Part shown: positions 38,458-48,613 of the stretch, piece after piece | Layout: the number at the start of each line of letters is the position of its first letter | How positions within the stretch are numbered: the first letter of the stretch is position 1 | Source of the DNA: Nitrospinaceae bacterium | GTDB taxonomy: Bacteria; Nitrospinota; Nitrospinia; Nitrospinales; Nitrospinaceae | Direction of reading: 5' to 3' | Length of the DNA stretch: 64,000 bases | NCBI GenBank assembly: GCA_965237905.1 | Contig: OZ250172.1 | Location: 2,461,805 to 2,525,804 of the forward strand | Made by a program: the position numbers and the translations under genes | Notes under the pieces: model-generated | Database searches by the model: none | What the model saw: the letters and a program-made list of their open reading frames with translations, nothing else | What the model was told of the DNA's origin: nothing

Positions 38458-40659
38458 TTATTTTGGTTTGAATGAAACGAGCGGTGGGCGTTTGGGGAGA
38501 TTGTAATTTCCGGGTTGGAAAATTTTCATCAGGCCGAGGCGTTGTGCGGGCCAGGTGCCTTTAAGCACATTGGTGGGTGCCTTGCCTTCGAATACCAGAT
38601 AACCGTACTTGCCGTAATGCGGCAGTTTGCGGATCAGGCCGGGAACGCTTGCCGGATCGTCCGTGATGATCCAGGTGGCCGAGCGTGCCGGGTTTTGCGA
38701 ACGCGGTACGGTGAATACGAAACTGTGATTCTTCCACGGAATCTTTTTCCTTTCAATCACCACCCCGTTTTTTTCAAACGTGACCTCTCTTTGATTCAGT
38801 TCCGGTTTCAAGGCGAGCCCGTTATGTTTGCCGAACAGCCAGAGGGTATCGTCCGGCTTGGGTGCGTACAAAATATCTGCAATCATAGTGGCTTTTCTTA
38901 GCGATTTCCCGAAATTCCTGTAGGCTATTGCCAGTGCATCCGATTCATGGTGAGAAAAGACCGCCACCAATTTTTCCCCTCCGTAACTCTGGCCGATGCT
39001 GGCCGGCGCTTCGCGCGGATCAAGTTTGCGGAACACATCATAATAGGGATCGAGCATGACCGCCCGCGGTTTTCCTTTTACAAACAGTCGCAGTTCCTGA
39101 TTGGATTTGGATTTCAGCGTCAGATTCTGAATGTGCGGATTGTCATCTCCCTCAATCCAGACCGCCACCGGCAGGGTCATGTTGAACAAAGGACGCTTCT
39201 GTTTCTGTGAAATATTCAGAGTGAGCCGGTGTTCGTCCTGAAAATTTTCATACGAGGCGTCGGCCAACTCCAGTTCTGGCGCACCCTTGGCGCGCACCCA
39301 TTGCCGGAAAAAGACGTCCAGCTTTTTGCCGGAAGCCGCTTCGAAATGTCCGCGCAGTTCGTCGAATCCGGCGTGACGGAATTTCTGCGTAATGTAAAAC
39401 TCGCGCAGGGCTTTCAGGAACACCGCGTCCCCCAATTCCAGCCGGAGCATATTGAGCACCATCACCAGTTTGCCGTAACCGATGGCCTGCGAGGCCATGC
39501 TGGTGCGTTCTGTAAATTTTGAAAGCGGAAAATCGTTTTTCGCGTTCACGTAGCTGGAGTATTTCATCAACTCCTGAAAACGGTAGCGGTCGCCTTCGCC
39601 CTTCAAATCCGGGAACAGGTGATCCGAAAGGTAAGCGGTGAGCCCCTCCGACCAGTTGCCTCCTTTGCGATCGATATAAACTCCGTTGCCCCACCAGTTG
39701 TGCAGAATTTCGTGCGGGTAGGAGGTGTGCAGAATGAACGGGAAGCGGATGACGCGCGAGCCCAACAGCGTGAACGACGGCATGCCGTATCCCGTTTGCA
39801 AGGCATTCTCCACCACCGCGAACTTCACGAACGGATAGGAACCGATCAGTTGTTCGTAAAACGCGAGGTAGGATTTCGCCGCGTCCAGATATTTCCGCGC
39901 CAACCCCTTTTCTTGCTTGCGCAAAAACACGTAGAGTTTGATGTCTTCATATTTATCGCGGTATTCCTGGAAATGATCGGCGATCAGGAAAATTTCCTCC
40001 ATCGGATCGTCGCATTGCCAGAACGTATGGCGGGGTCCGTTGACCGTGGTTTCGCGCACCCGCTTGCCCTGGCTAACCACTTTCCATTCGGCAGGCAGGT
40101 TGGCGGACAGGGAGAACGTGATCAATGAGGTTCCATCGGGATCTTCCACCGCCGGGTAAAAATAACTGGCGCCTGACAAAAAGATGCCGTGGTCCTCTTC
40201 TTGGCTGGATGCGCCGGGCGACGGTTCGCTGGATTCCCGCAAGGAGTCTGTGTATTTTCCGTGATAACGGAATTTGACCTGCAGAAAATCCGGCCACGTC
40301 TGGCCTTTCGGTTTGTGCACGCTAATCTTGTGAAGGGGGGTGTCGCCTTCCTTAACTGAAGCGGTTTTTATTTTCCAATTCCCTTTGTGCGGAATCTCGG
40401 TTTTGTCTATCTGGTAATTTGCGTGCAGAAAAAAATGGATTGCCGCTTCCTTGCGGTTACCGAGATACAGGGTGACGAGGTCTTCGCTCTGGGCCGAGTG
40501 GCGGGCCGGGTCCAATGTCACCTCCAGGTCGTGGTGGGCGGGACGCGCCCAGGGGGCGGCATTAGCATAATGTGGAATTCCAGCAAAAACACACACCCAT
40601 AGAAGAGCCAGTAGGATCCACCGGAGGGATAGGGATGGTTTTAGAGGAAAGTTTGCCAT
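38458..40659 (-). CDS. Secreted M1-family zinc aminopeptidase
   Basis: HEILHNWWGN (HExxH), a downstream Glu, a GAMEN-like region, and a signal peptide. Confidence 0.8.
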   Translation of the reverse strand: MANFPLKPSLSLRWILLALLWVCVFAGIPHYANAAPWARPAHHDLEVTLDPARHSAQSEDLVTLYLGNRKEAAIHFFLHANYQIDKTEIPHKGNWKIKTASVKEGDTPLHKISVHKPKGQTWPDFLQVKFRYHGKYTDSLRESSEPSPGASSQEEDHGIFLSGASYFYPAVEDPDGTSLITFSLSANLPAEWKVVSQGKRVRETTVNGPRHTFWQCDDPMEEIFLIADHFQEYRDKYEDIKLYVFLRKQEKGLARKYLDAAKSYLAFYEQLIGSYPFVKFAVVENALQTGYGMPSFTLLGSRVIRFPFILHTSYPHEILHNWWGNGVYIDRKGGNWSEGLTAYLSDHLFPDLKGEGDRYRFQELMKYSSYVNAKNDFPLSKFTERTSMASQAIGYGKLVMVLNMLRLELGDAVFLKALREFYITQKFRHAGFDELRGHFEAASGKKLDVFFRQWVRAKGAPELELADASYENFQDEHRLTLNISQKQKRPLFNMTLPVAVWIEGDDNPHIQNLTLKSKSNQELRLFVKGKPRAVMLDPYYDVFRKLDPREAPASIGQSYGGEKLVAVFSHHESDALAIAYRNFGKSLRKATMIADILYAPKPDDTLWLFGKHNGLALKPELNQREVTFEKNGVVIERKKIPWKNHSFVFTVPRSQNPARSATWIITDDPASVPGLIRKLPHYGKYGYLVFEGKAPTNVLKGTWPAQRLGLMKIFQPGNYNLPKRPPLVSFKPK

Positions 40660-40680
40660 GTCTGGGGGGAGAGTAGAAAA

Positions 40681-41049
40681 TTAGCTGAGTACGGCGTCGA
40701 TGCCGCGGTGTGCGCCGCCGAGCACACGCACCACCACCCGGTTGGGCAGGCAGGCGGCGAACCGGTCGGCGTACTGGATGTATCCGGATTTGATGCACAG
40801 TTTTCGATTGCAGGGAGATTTCACCACGCGCGCCTTGCCGTCTTTGATCTCCACTTCGGTCTCGCCGATGGGGCCGGTGACGTGCACGATCCGGTTCTGC
40901 GACAAGGGCAGGCGTTCGACTTCCTTATGGTCGACCTCGATCACCACCCAACTGCCCGCCCGGTTGCCCAAATCCACCTGTGCGAATAGAAAAATATTCA
41001 ACGCAAACAGGCAGGCAATCAGAATTTTGTCACCCCGTGTGATCTTCAT
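40681..41049 (-). CDS. NusG domain II-like (DUF1312) small protein with signal-anchor
   Basis: 122 aa beta-rich. Family call is tentative. Confidence 0.45.
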   Translation of the reverse strand: MKITRGDKILIACLFALNIFLFAQVDLGNRAGSWVVIEVDHKEVERLPLSQNRIVHVTGPIGETEVEIKDGKARVVKSPCNRKLCIKSGYIQYADRFAACLPNRVVVRVLGGAHRGIDAVLS

Positions 41050-41187
41050 GCCTCAGTTTACCACGCCAGCGTAACGCTGGACCTAAAATTTCATCTACTC
41101 CCCAATGCCCGAAATGACCTTTGCATGTTATAATTAAAAATAATCCCATAATACGAATAACTAACAACTTATAAGGAACTTAGAATT

Positions 41188-41436
41188 TTGAAACTCTGGG
41201 TAGTATTAGCAATTCTTGTAGCCGTTTTTGAAAATCTAATATTTTATTTTCAGTTAAGGAAAAAGGCTGTTCCAATGAAGTTTATATGGACAGGTACACC
41301 CGGATATTTAGATTCTCTATATATTAAATGGTGTCGAGAAAATTCTATAAACCATAGGCCTCGGGTACTTTTTCGAATTGCGTTATTGGTTAATGTGATT
41401 ATAGCCGCAATCGCTAACATAATCGCTACAGGCTAG
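41188..41436 (+). CDS. Small membrane protein (82 aa) in a ~33% GC islet
   Basis: Two TM helices. Strongly AT-rich context at 41100-41500. Confidence 0.45.
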   Translation: MKLWVVLAILVAVFENLIFYFQLRKKAVPMKFIWTGTPGYLDSLYIKWCRENSINHRPRVLFRIALLVNVIIAAIANIIATG

Positions 41437-41511
41437 TTTGTAATTTGGAATGAACTGTGTTTCTTTGCTTCTCCTGAAAATCCTGTCGATCCTGCAATCC
41501 CGTCTGCTTTT

Positions 41512-43647
41512 CTACAAAATATCCATAAAATCCAGGCGGTCGCCGAGGTATTGTTGAAACGCTTCTTTCAGGCTTTGATGCTCGGGGTCTGCGAGTTTGG
41601 GATCGCGGTCGATCAGGGCGAAGGCTTCCTTGCGGGTGGTTTCGATGATTTGGATGTCGCGTATGATGTTGGCGAACCGCAGTGACGGCATGCCAGACTG
41701 GCGCGTCCCCATGAAATCGCCGGGACCGCGAATCTGTAAATCCTGCTCGGCGATTTTGAATCCGTCGCAGGTATCCATCATGGCTTTCACGCGCAATTTA
41801 CCGTCCTCGGTCAGGGGCGGGTAGGCCACCAGCAGGCAGAACGAGTTGTGCTGACCCCGCCCGACGCGGCCCCGCAGTTGATGCAGTTGCGCCAGGCCGA
41901 ATCGCTCGGAATGTTCGATCAGCATTACCGTGGCGTTGGCTATGTCGATTCCCACTTCGATGACGGTGGTGGCCACCAGGATGTCCGCCTTGCCGTTTTT
42001 GAAATCGGCCATGATGCGCTGGCGTTCCTCTTTTTTGAGTTTGCCGTAGATCAGGGCGACCGTGACATCCGGGAACCGTTTTTGGAGATCCTCATACACT
42101 TCCAGCACCGTTTTCAGGTCCTTGGTTTCCGACTCCTCGATCAGCGGACAGACCACATAGGCCTGTCGGCCCTTGCCGATTTCCTTTTTCAGAAAGGCAT
42201 AGGCCTTGTCGCGTTGGCTTTCGTAATAACGTTTGGTCTGGATGGGTTGGCGGCCCGGCGGCATTTCGTCGAGGACGGAGACGTCCATGTCGCCGTACAG
42301 GGTCATGGCCAGCGAGCGTGGGATGGGCGTGGCGGTCATCACCAGCACGTGCGGGTACACTCCCTTTTTGCTGATCGCTTCCCGTTGTAAAACCCCGAAG
42401 CGGTGTTGCTCGTCGATCACCGCCAGTCCCAGCTTTTGGAACTCGACGCCTTTTTGGATCAACGCATGGGTACCCACGGCGATCTGCGTGGTTCCTTCCC
42501 GGATGTTTTTGAGCAGAGCTTTCTTGTCTTTGGCAGGCATCGCGCTGGTCAGCAGTTGCACGCGGATACCCAGCGCTTCGCAAAAAGGCTGGATATTCAG
42601 GTAGTGTTGTTCCGCCAGGAGTTCGGTGGGCGCCATCAACGCGCCCTGCATGCCGTTGTCCACGGCGGTGAGAAGCGAGATGAGAGCGACGATGGTTTTG
42701 CCGCTGCCGACATCGCCGTGAAGCAGGCGGTTCATGGGACGGCTTAGTTCCAGGTCGTCCATGATATGTCCCAGCACTTTGATCTGGGCGCCGGTCAATT
42801 CGAAGGGCATGAGCCGCATGAAACGGTGGATGGTATCGCCGCGGGTTTTGAGCGGCGTTCCCGGTTCCTCCTGCTGGGTGTGTTTGCGCTTGAACGCCAG
42901 ACCGAGTTGCAGGAGAAACAGTTCCTCGAACACCAGCCGGACTTGAGCCTCGGTGCGGAATTGTTTCAGCAGGTTCTCTTGCGTGCCCAACGGCGGGAAA
43001 TGCGTTTCACGGAAGGCCGTGGCGCGGTCGGGCAGGTGATTGCGCCGCCGGATATCGCCCGGCAAAAACTCTTCCAGCAGGTCCGCGTATTGATCCACCA
43101 GAACTTTCATGATGGCGCGCAGGGATTTTTGATACAGCCCCTCGGTGGTGCTGTAGATGGGGATGATGCTGCCGATGTCCAGCGGGTCGGCCTCTTCTTC
43201 CAAACTGATATCGACATCCGCGTGGATGATCTCCAGCCCCCCGCCCGCATACCGGTTGGGAGTCGGCTTGCCGGAAACGATCAACAGGCGCCCGATCGCG
43301 TAGCGTTCCTTCATATACTTTTCGTTAAACTTGAACCACTTAACGCAAATCGTTCCGGTGTCGTCCTGCACGGTGACTTCCAGGATTTTTCTCCGGCGCC
43401 GGAGTTGTTGGATATGGACATCGGAGACTTTCCCCTGAAAGGTAATCTGCTCGCCTGCGACCAGCTCTCCGATTTTTTTGACCCGGCTCCGGTCCTCGTA
43501 GCGGTGCGGAATGAAATAGAGGCAGTGCTCCACCACTTCCAACCCCAGCTTGTGGAGCAGTAAAGCGCGCTTGGGGCCGACGCCCTTGATATACTGGATG
43601 GAGTCGTTCAGGGACCGGCTTGTCTTTGTTTTTTCTGTTGTTTGCAT
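41512..43647 (-). CDS. recG: ATP-dependent DNA helicase RecG (start MQTTEKT; the listed ORF extends further upstream)
   Basis: Wedge domain, DEAH-box helicase motifs (GDVGSGKT, DEQHRFG), and a TRG-like C-terminal region. Confidence 0.9.
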   Translation of the reverse strand: MQTTEKTKTSRSLNDSIQYIKGVGPKRALLLHKLGLEVVEHCLYFIPHRYEDRSRVKKIGELVAGEQITFQGKVSDVHIQQLRRRRKILEVTVQDDTGTICVKWFKFNEKYMKERYAIGRLLIVSGKPTPNRYAGGGLEIIHADVDISLEEEADPLDIGSIIPIYSTTEGLYQKSLRAIMKVLVDQYADLLEEFLPGDIRRRNHLPDRATAFRETHFPPLGTQENLLKQFRTEAQVRLVFEELFLLQLGLAFKRKHTQQEEPGTPLKTRGDTIHRFMRLMPFELTGAQIKVLGHIMDDLELSRPMNRLLHGDVGSGKTIVALISLLTAVDNGMQGALMAPTELLAEQHYLNIQPFCEALGIRVQLLTSAMPAKDKKALLKNIREGTTQIAVGTHALIQKGVEFQKLGLAVIDEQHRFGVLQREAISKKGVYPHVLVMTATPIPRSLAMTLYGDMDVSVLDEMPPGRQPIQTKRYYESQRDKAYAFLKKEIGKGRQAYVVCPLIEESETKDLKTVLEVYEDLQKRFPDVTVALIYGKLKKEERQRIMADFKNGKADILVATTVIEVGIDIANATVMLIEHSERFGLAQLHQLRGRVGRGQHNSFCLLVAYPPLTEDGKLRVKAMMDTCDGFKIAEQDLQIRGPGDFMGTRQSGMPSLRFANIIRDIQIIETTRKEAFALIDRDPKLADPEHQSLKEAFQQYLGDRLDFMDIL

Positions 43648-43870
43648 GAACGATTCGGGGTCGGGGAGGTTGATCGTTGATGAATCTGCGTTGAGCCGAC
43701 GCGCCCCACATCCTACACAGAAATCCCTGAGGGATAAAAGTAAATTGACACCCGGCCTGGTTAGGAATATTCTTTCAATAGGGTTAAATCTTTTAAAAAT
43801 AAGGGGTTTGTTTATAGAGCCCTTTATCGGGACCCTCAAAAAATTGTGAACGAACGAGGCGGTAACACCC

Positions 43871-46117
43871 ATGCGTCCATTGGATGAAATCACTGATGCG
43901 GTTTTGGAGTATCACCCGGAAGCGGATGTCGACATCATTCTGGATGCCTACCTCTTTTCCGCGAAAGCGCATCGCGGCCAGAGCCGGCAATCCGGAGAGG
44001 CGTATCTTTCGCATCCGGTAGAGGTCGCGTACAACCTGACGCGGTTGAAGATGGACGAAAAGACCGTAGCGGCGGGACTCCTGCACGACACGTTGGAAGA
44101 TACCCTGGCCACCGAAGATGAAATCAAAGAGATGTTCGGTGATGAAATTTACCACATGGTCGACGGGGTGACCAAGATCAGCCAGGTCCAGTTCGCCAGC
44201 TGGGAAGAAAAGCAGGCGGAGAACTACCGCAAGATGATTCTGGCCATGGCGCATGACATCCGCGTCGTCTTGATCAAACTGGCGGACCGGGCCCATAATC
44301 TACAGACCCTTGAATCGCTTTCCCCTGAGCAACAGCGCCGTATTTCCAAAGAAACCCTGGATATCTATGCTCCCATCGCCAATCGCCTGGGCATCGGCTG
44401 GTTGAAGGCGGAGTTGGAGGACGGGTCCTTCCAGTATATCCGCCCGGAAAAACACAAGTCCATTGTGGACCGCATGGACCAGGGGGAGGATGAGCGCAAT
44501 GTTTTGGTTAAAACCGTTTGCGATGCGGTGGAAAAGGAACTGGCCGCGGCGCAGATCCAAGGCGTGGTGACCGGACGGTCCAAGCATTATTACAGCATCT
44601 ACAAAAAAATGATGCTCCAGCAGATCGACCTGGAGGATGTTTACGACTTGATCGGAGTCCGGGTCATCATCGATTCGGTCAAGGATTGCTACGCGACGCT
44701 CGGTCTGGTGCATTCGTTGTGGCGTCCCATTCCGGGAAAATTCAAGGACTACATCGCCATGCCCAAACCCAACATGTACCAGTCCCTGCACACCACGGTG
44801 AACGGTCCCAACGGCCAGCGGGTGGAGATACAGATACGCAGTAAGGAAATGCACAAGGTGGCGGAGGAAGGTATTGCGGCGCATTGGCAGTACAAGGACG
44901 GTGACAGCAAGTCCAAAAATGAGGAAGATCATTTGAGCTGGGTCCGGCATCTGCTGGAAGCGCAGTCGGAGATTCAAAATCCGAAAGATTTTCTCAATGC
45001 CTTCAAAGTGGATTTGTTTTTCCAGGAGGTCTACGTGTTCACTCCTGAGGGGGAGGTCATTGCCCTGCCGCGCGGCGCGACGCCGGTGGATTTCGCCTAC
45101 CAGGTACATACCGATATCGGCAATCATTGCCTGGCGGCCAAGGTCAACGGCAAAATCGTCAATCTGAAATACAAGTTGAAAAATGGCGACCGGATCGAAA
45201 TCCTCACGTCCAAACAGAAACATCCCAGCCGCGACTGGCTGTCGTTTGTCAAAACCTCGAAGGCCCGGAGCAAAATCATTCACTACGTCAACCATCGGGA
45301 GAGAGAGAAGAGCCTGGAACTGGGCAAGGAAATCCTGGAGACTGAAATCCGCAAATACGGGTTCAATCCTGCCGAGGTTTTAAAGGGAAAAAACCTGGAC
45401 GAAGCCATTCATGCGAGCGGGTTCAATACTCTGGATAATTTGTATATAGGAATCGGGTTCGGCAAAACTTCAGTGCGCCATGTGGTGGACAAACTGTTGC
45501 CCAAGGAAACGCTGGAGGAATTCGCAAAGCAGACGCCGACGGTCAAGGTCAGCGAACCCTCAGCAGAGAGTAAAGGGGGACGCAGTGGCATCAAGGTGAA
45601 AAACTTTGGCGAGGACATGATGCTGAGAATCGGCAAATGCTGTAATCCGGTGCCGGGGGATACGATTATCGGGTACATCACCCGCGGCCGGGGAGTTTCG
45701 ATCCACAGTGTGGATTGTCCCAGCATGTTGTCTTTGGCCGGGGAAACCGAACGCCTGGTGGAGGTGGAATGGGATACTTCTCATAAAACGCCGTTTCCCG
45801 CGCGCATTTCTATTGTCACCGAAGACAAGCCTGGCCTGCTTGGGAAAATCAGCAGTACCGTTTCCGAGTGCGACGTCAACATGACCCGCGCCAACGTTCA
45901 GATGGGCGCTCTCAAACGCGCTTACTTTGATTTGAGCCTGGAGATTCTGGATCTGGATCACCTCAACCAAACTCTGGAAACCATCCGTAAGATACCGGGC
46001 GTGATTCACGTTGAGCGTATTAGAGAATATAGTAAAAAGATGTCCAGGAAAAAGCCGGGGGAGGATCAAGAGGATAATGCGGGGTCTTCGGAAGAAACGG
46101 AGGTTTGGGTTAACTGA
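43871..46117 (+). CDS. relA: Bifunctional (p)ppGpp synthetase/hydrolase RelA/SpoT
   Basis: HD domain (HD at LLHDTLEDT), synthetase domain, TGS and ACT; 748 aa. Confidence 0.92.
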   Translation: MRPLDEITDAVLEYHPEADVDIILDAYLFSAKAHRGQSRQSGEAYLSHPVEVAYNLTRLKMDEKTVAAGLLHDTLEDTLATEDEIKEMFGDEIYHMVDGVTKISQVQFASWEEKQAENYRKMILAMAHDIRVVLIKLADRAHNLQTLESLSPEQQRRISKETLDIYAPIANRLGIGWLKAELEDGSFQYIRPEKHKSIVDRMDQGEDERNVLVKTVCDAVEKELAAAQIQGVVTGRSKHYYSIYKKMMLQQIDLEDVYDLIGVRVIIDSVKDCYATLGLVHSLWRPIPGKFKDYIAMPKPNMYQSLHTTVNGPNGQRVEIQIRSKEMHKVAEEGIAAHWQYKDGDSKSKNEEDHLSWVRHLLEAQSEIQNPKDFLNAFKVDLFFQEVYVFTPEGEVIALPRGATPVDFAYQVHTDIGNHCLAAKVNGKIVNLKYKLKNGDRIEILTSKQKHPSRDWLSFVKTSKARSKIIHYVNHREREKSLELGKEILETEIRKYGFNPAEVLKGKNLDEAIHASGFNTLDNLYIGIGFGKTSVRHVVDKLLPKETLEEFAKQTPTVKVSEPSAESKGGRSGIKVKNFGEDMMLRIGKCCNPVPGDTIIGYITRGRGVSIHSVDCPSMLSLAGETERLVEVEWDTSHKTPFPARISIVTEDKPGLLGKISSTVSECDVNMTRANVQMGALKRAYFDLSLEILDLDHLNQTLETIRKIPGVIHVERIREYSKKMSRKKPGEDQEDNAGSSEETEVWVN

Positions 46118-46307
46118 CCGGGACCCGCACGACTTTGCTGGATTTGAGGCAACGGGTGCAGACCTTCATGGTTTTCACAGCACCCTTAAACAACACCCGC
46201 AATTTTTTTAGATTGGGGTTCCACCGCCGCCGGGTGGTATTCTTGGCGTGACTCACGTTATTCCCGAACATGGGGCCTTTGTCACACACTTCGCATCGCT
46301 TGGACAT
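46110..46307 (-). CDS. rpmB: 50S ribosomal protein L28
   Basis: [21 protein letters not shown]...RRRWNPNL. The 3' end overlaps the convergent relA by 8 nt. Confidence 0.9.
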   Translation of the reverse strand: MSKRCEVCDKGPMFGNNVSHAKNTTRRRWNPNLKKLRVLFKGAVKTMKVCTRCLKSSKVVRVPVS

Positions 46308-46407
46308 TGGAAAATACTCCCTACCTGAATTCACTATCTGTAAAAGAAGAGAACGATGCTAACATACCGGCGCAGGTTGGGCAAGGGGTTTTAAAGGGGG
46401 ATTTCGA

Positions 46408-46737
46408 TTATTCGATGAACTGGGATTCAGTGATGATTTCCCGCAGGATTTTCTCCGCGAGGGCTTTGCTATCCACCTGGTAGGTGTTGCTGGCGATCTG
46501 GTTTTTGATTTCAGCCACTTTTTCGGAACGGATATCCGGCGAGGTCTGGATCGTCTCCAGGGCTTTTTGGATTCCCTTGGCTTTAGCGGACAGGGCAATC
46601 TGCTCCCCTTCGGGCACTTGGCCCGCGGGTTCCGGTTTCTGGTTGACCGATTTCTTGCCGGCCACATCCACCCGGTCCTGAACGGTTTTATTCTTGATTC
46701 GAATATCGTTGCCTGGAATTTCCATGATTTTGACCAC
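46408..46737 (-). CDS. flgM: Anti-sigma-28 factor FlgM
   Basis: The C-terminal SEKVAEIKNQIASNTYQVDSKALAEKIL matches the FlgM sigma-28-binding region. Confidence 0.7.
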   Translation of the reverse strand: MVKIMEIPGNDIRIKNKTVQDRVDVAGKKSVNQKPEPAGQVPEGEQIALSAKAKGIQKALETIQTSPDIRSEKVAEIKNQIASNTYQVDSKALAEKILREIITESQFIE

Positions 46738-46805
46738 TCCACAAGTTTAGGAGAATACCGGTCCGTCCCGCCGGCCCCAGCCGGAACAGGTACACCTTTT
46801 AAAAA

Positions 46806-46833
46806 TTTATCGGCTTCTGAGGCCAAAACTTAA
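46806..46833 (-). promoter_or_regulatory. Sigma-28 (FliA) class promoter TTAAGTTT-N11-GCCGATAA upstream of flgM
   Basis: The minus strand reads gcTTAAGTTTtggcctcagaaGCCGATAAattttt. The 11-nt spacer and -10 match are exact to the consensus TAAAGTTT-N11-GCCGATAA. Confidence 0.7.
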
Positions 46834-47023
46834 GCCCGGAGGCCTTTATTTTATGGGATTTTTCCCATATTCAGACCCTACCCTGTCAAGATAACTGTAA
46901 TTAGGGGAGTTGTCAATACAGGGTAAAAATGGGGGTATTTCCCCTATGAATTTTTGTCAAAATCAGCGAATACAACCCGCGGTGGCGGGTTTGAAATTTT
47001 AACTTTAAATAAATCAAATAATT

Positions 47024-47446
47024 ATGGGTTATAAAAATCCGATTCCGGCGGTCGATCTCATTATTGAAATTGAGGGTAAAGGTCTGGTGCTGATTGAGCG
47101 GCTCAACCCGCCTCCGGGTTGGGCGTTGCCGGGCGGATTCGTGGAGGTTGGCGAATCCCTGGAGCAGGCGGCTGTCCGCGAAGCCAAAGAGGAGACCTGT
47201 CTGGATGTGGAACTGCTGGGGCAGTTTCATACCTATTCCGACCCCAATCGGGACCCCCGCATGCATTGCATTTCAACCGTTTTTGTAGCCAGGGCGACAG
47301 GAACGCCGAAGGCGGAGGATGATGCCAAATCCGTCGCCCTGTATCCCAAAGACCAGCTTCCGGATATCCTGGCATTTGACCACCGGAAAATTCTGGAGGA
47401 CTATCTGAACTCCCCCTGGCTCCTGCCCGGAGGGGGAAAGGGCTGA
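47024..47446 (+). CDS. NUDIX hydrolase
   Basis: Nudix box [24 protein letters not shown]. The last 8 codons and the stop lie inside the repeat ...CCTGCCCGGAGGGGGAAAGGGCTGACCGG. Confidence 0.85.
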   Translation: MGYKNPIPAVDLIIEIEGKGLVLIERLNPPPGWALPGGFVEVGESLEQAAVREAKEETCLDVELLGQFHTYSDPNRDPRMHCISTVFVARATGTPKAEDDAKSVALYPKDQLPDILAFDHRKILEDYLNSPWLLPGGGKG

Positions 47447-47520
47447 CCGGAAACGGCCAGAGAGAATCCTTGGAGCGCAATTTACGGTTTTAAAATTACC
47501 CGTGGCGGTTCGCTACCCAG
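47436..47520 (+). repeat. Copy B of the ~90-bp repeat family (GGCTGACCGGAAACGGC ... ACGGTTTTAAAATTACCCGTGGCGGTTCGCTAC)
   Basis: It aligns with copies A, C and D. Its terminal hairpin GTGGCG/CGCTAC has one mismatch. Confidence 0.75.
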
Positions 47521-47543
47521 GCAAGGTCCGGAGCTAATTCTTT

Positions 47544-48476
47544 ATGTTATCCCACTTGTTCTCAAAAATTTTTTGGTTGCCGGTCCTCGTGATGTTTCTG
47601 GTATTTACGGTTCTGCCGGGAACGGCGGTTTCCGGAGACCTGAAGGGATACCAGCAAACACTCTGGCGTCATCTGGAAGCGGTTGTTGCCATCGGGCCTC
47701 GCCCGCCGGGAAGCCCGGCCCTCGAAAAACTTCGCGGTTACATCCGGTCGATGGGCAAACGATACGCGGACGAAATTCGCGAGCAGAAATTCACATTCCA
47801 GAAACCGGGTGGACCCACCGTGGGCATGGTTAATATCGAGTTGGTGTTTCACGGAAAATCAAAGAAGGCACCCCTTCTCCTCGGAGCGCATTACGATACC
47901 CGTCCGTTTGCGGATAAAGAGCCGGACCCCTTTGCCCAACAGCTTCCCATTCTGGGAGCCAACGATGGCGGGTCGGGCACGGCGGTGCTGTTGGCCCTCG
48001 CGCAATACCTGCATGCACACAAACCGGAGCGGCCGGTGCGCCTCGTATTTTTTGACGGTGAAGATTACGGGGTGGAAGGTTCTTCCGATTATTTTCTGGG
48101 GTCCAAGCATTACGCCGCCCAACTCGAAAAGGCCGATCGGAGGGAATGGCCGTACTGCGTGTTGATCATCGATATGGTGGGCGACAAGGAATTGCAAATT
48201 GCGCGCGAGACCTATTCCGCCGAGAACGCTTCGTGGTTGCTACAAATGATTACCGAGTCCGCCCAAAGGCTGAAGGTTACCCCGTTTCTCAATCAACCTA
48301 AGCACACGGTGCGCGACGACCATCTGCCGTTTATCAAAATCGGCGTGCCTGCCGCAGTGCTGATGGATTTCGATTATCCCTACTGGCACACCCTGCAAGA
48401 CACACTCGACAAGTGTTCGCCGGAAAGCCTGTTCGCTGTGTTTTCTGTGGTGGTGGATGCGATGGGAAAGATTTAG
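47544..48476 (+). CDS. M28-family peptidase (aminopeptidase/glutaminyl-cyclase-like), secreted
   Basis: GAHYDTRP, ANDGGSGTAVLLALA, and FDGEDYG metal ligand blocks. Confidence 0.75.
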   Translation: MLSHLFSKIFWLPVLVMFLVFTVLPGTAVSGDLKGYQQTLWRHLEAVVAIGPRPPGSPALEKLRGYIRSMGKRYADEIREQKFTFQKPGGPTVGMVNIELVFHGKSKKAPLLLGAHYDTRPFADKEPDPFAQQLPILGANDGGSGTAVLLALAQYLHAHKPERPVRLVFFDGEDYGVEGSSDYFLGSKHYAAQLEKADRREWPYCVLIIDMVGDKELQIARETYSAENASWLLQMITESAQRLKVTPFLNQPKHTVRDDHLPFIKIGVPAAVLMDFDYPYWHTLQDTLDKCSPESLFAVFSVVVDAMGKI

Positions 48477-48613
48477 CTTTACGGAGGACAAGAAAACATA
48501 GACAGGATAAAATCTGATTAGTTATTCCTCCCCCTTGTAAAGGGGGCTGGGGGGATTCTTCCTTTTGCTTTGGTAGTTGCCTCATTTATGAGGCGGTTTT
48601 AAAAATGAATGGT

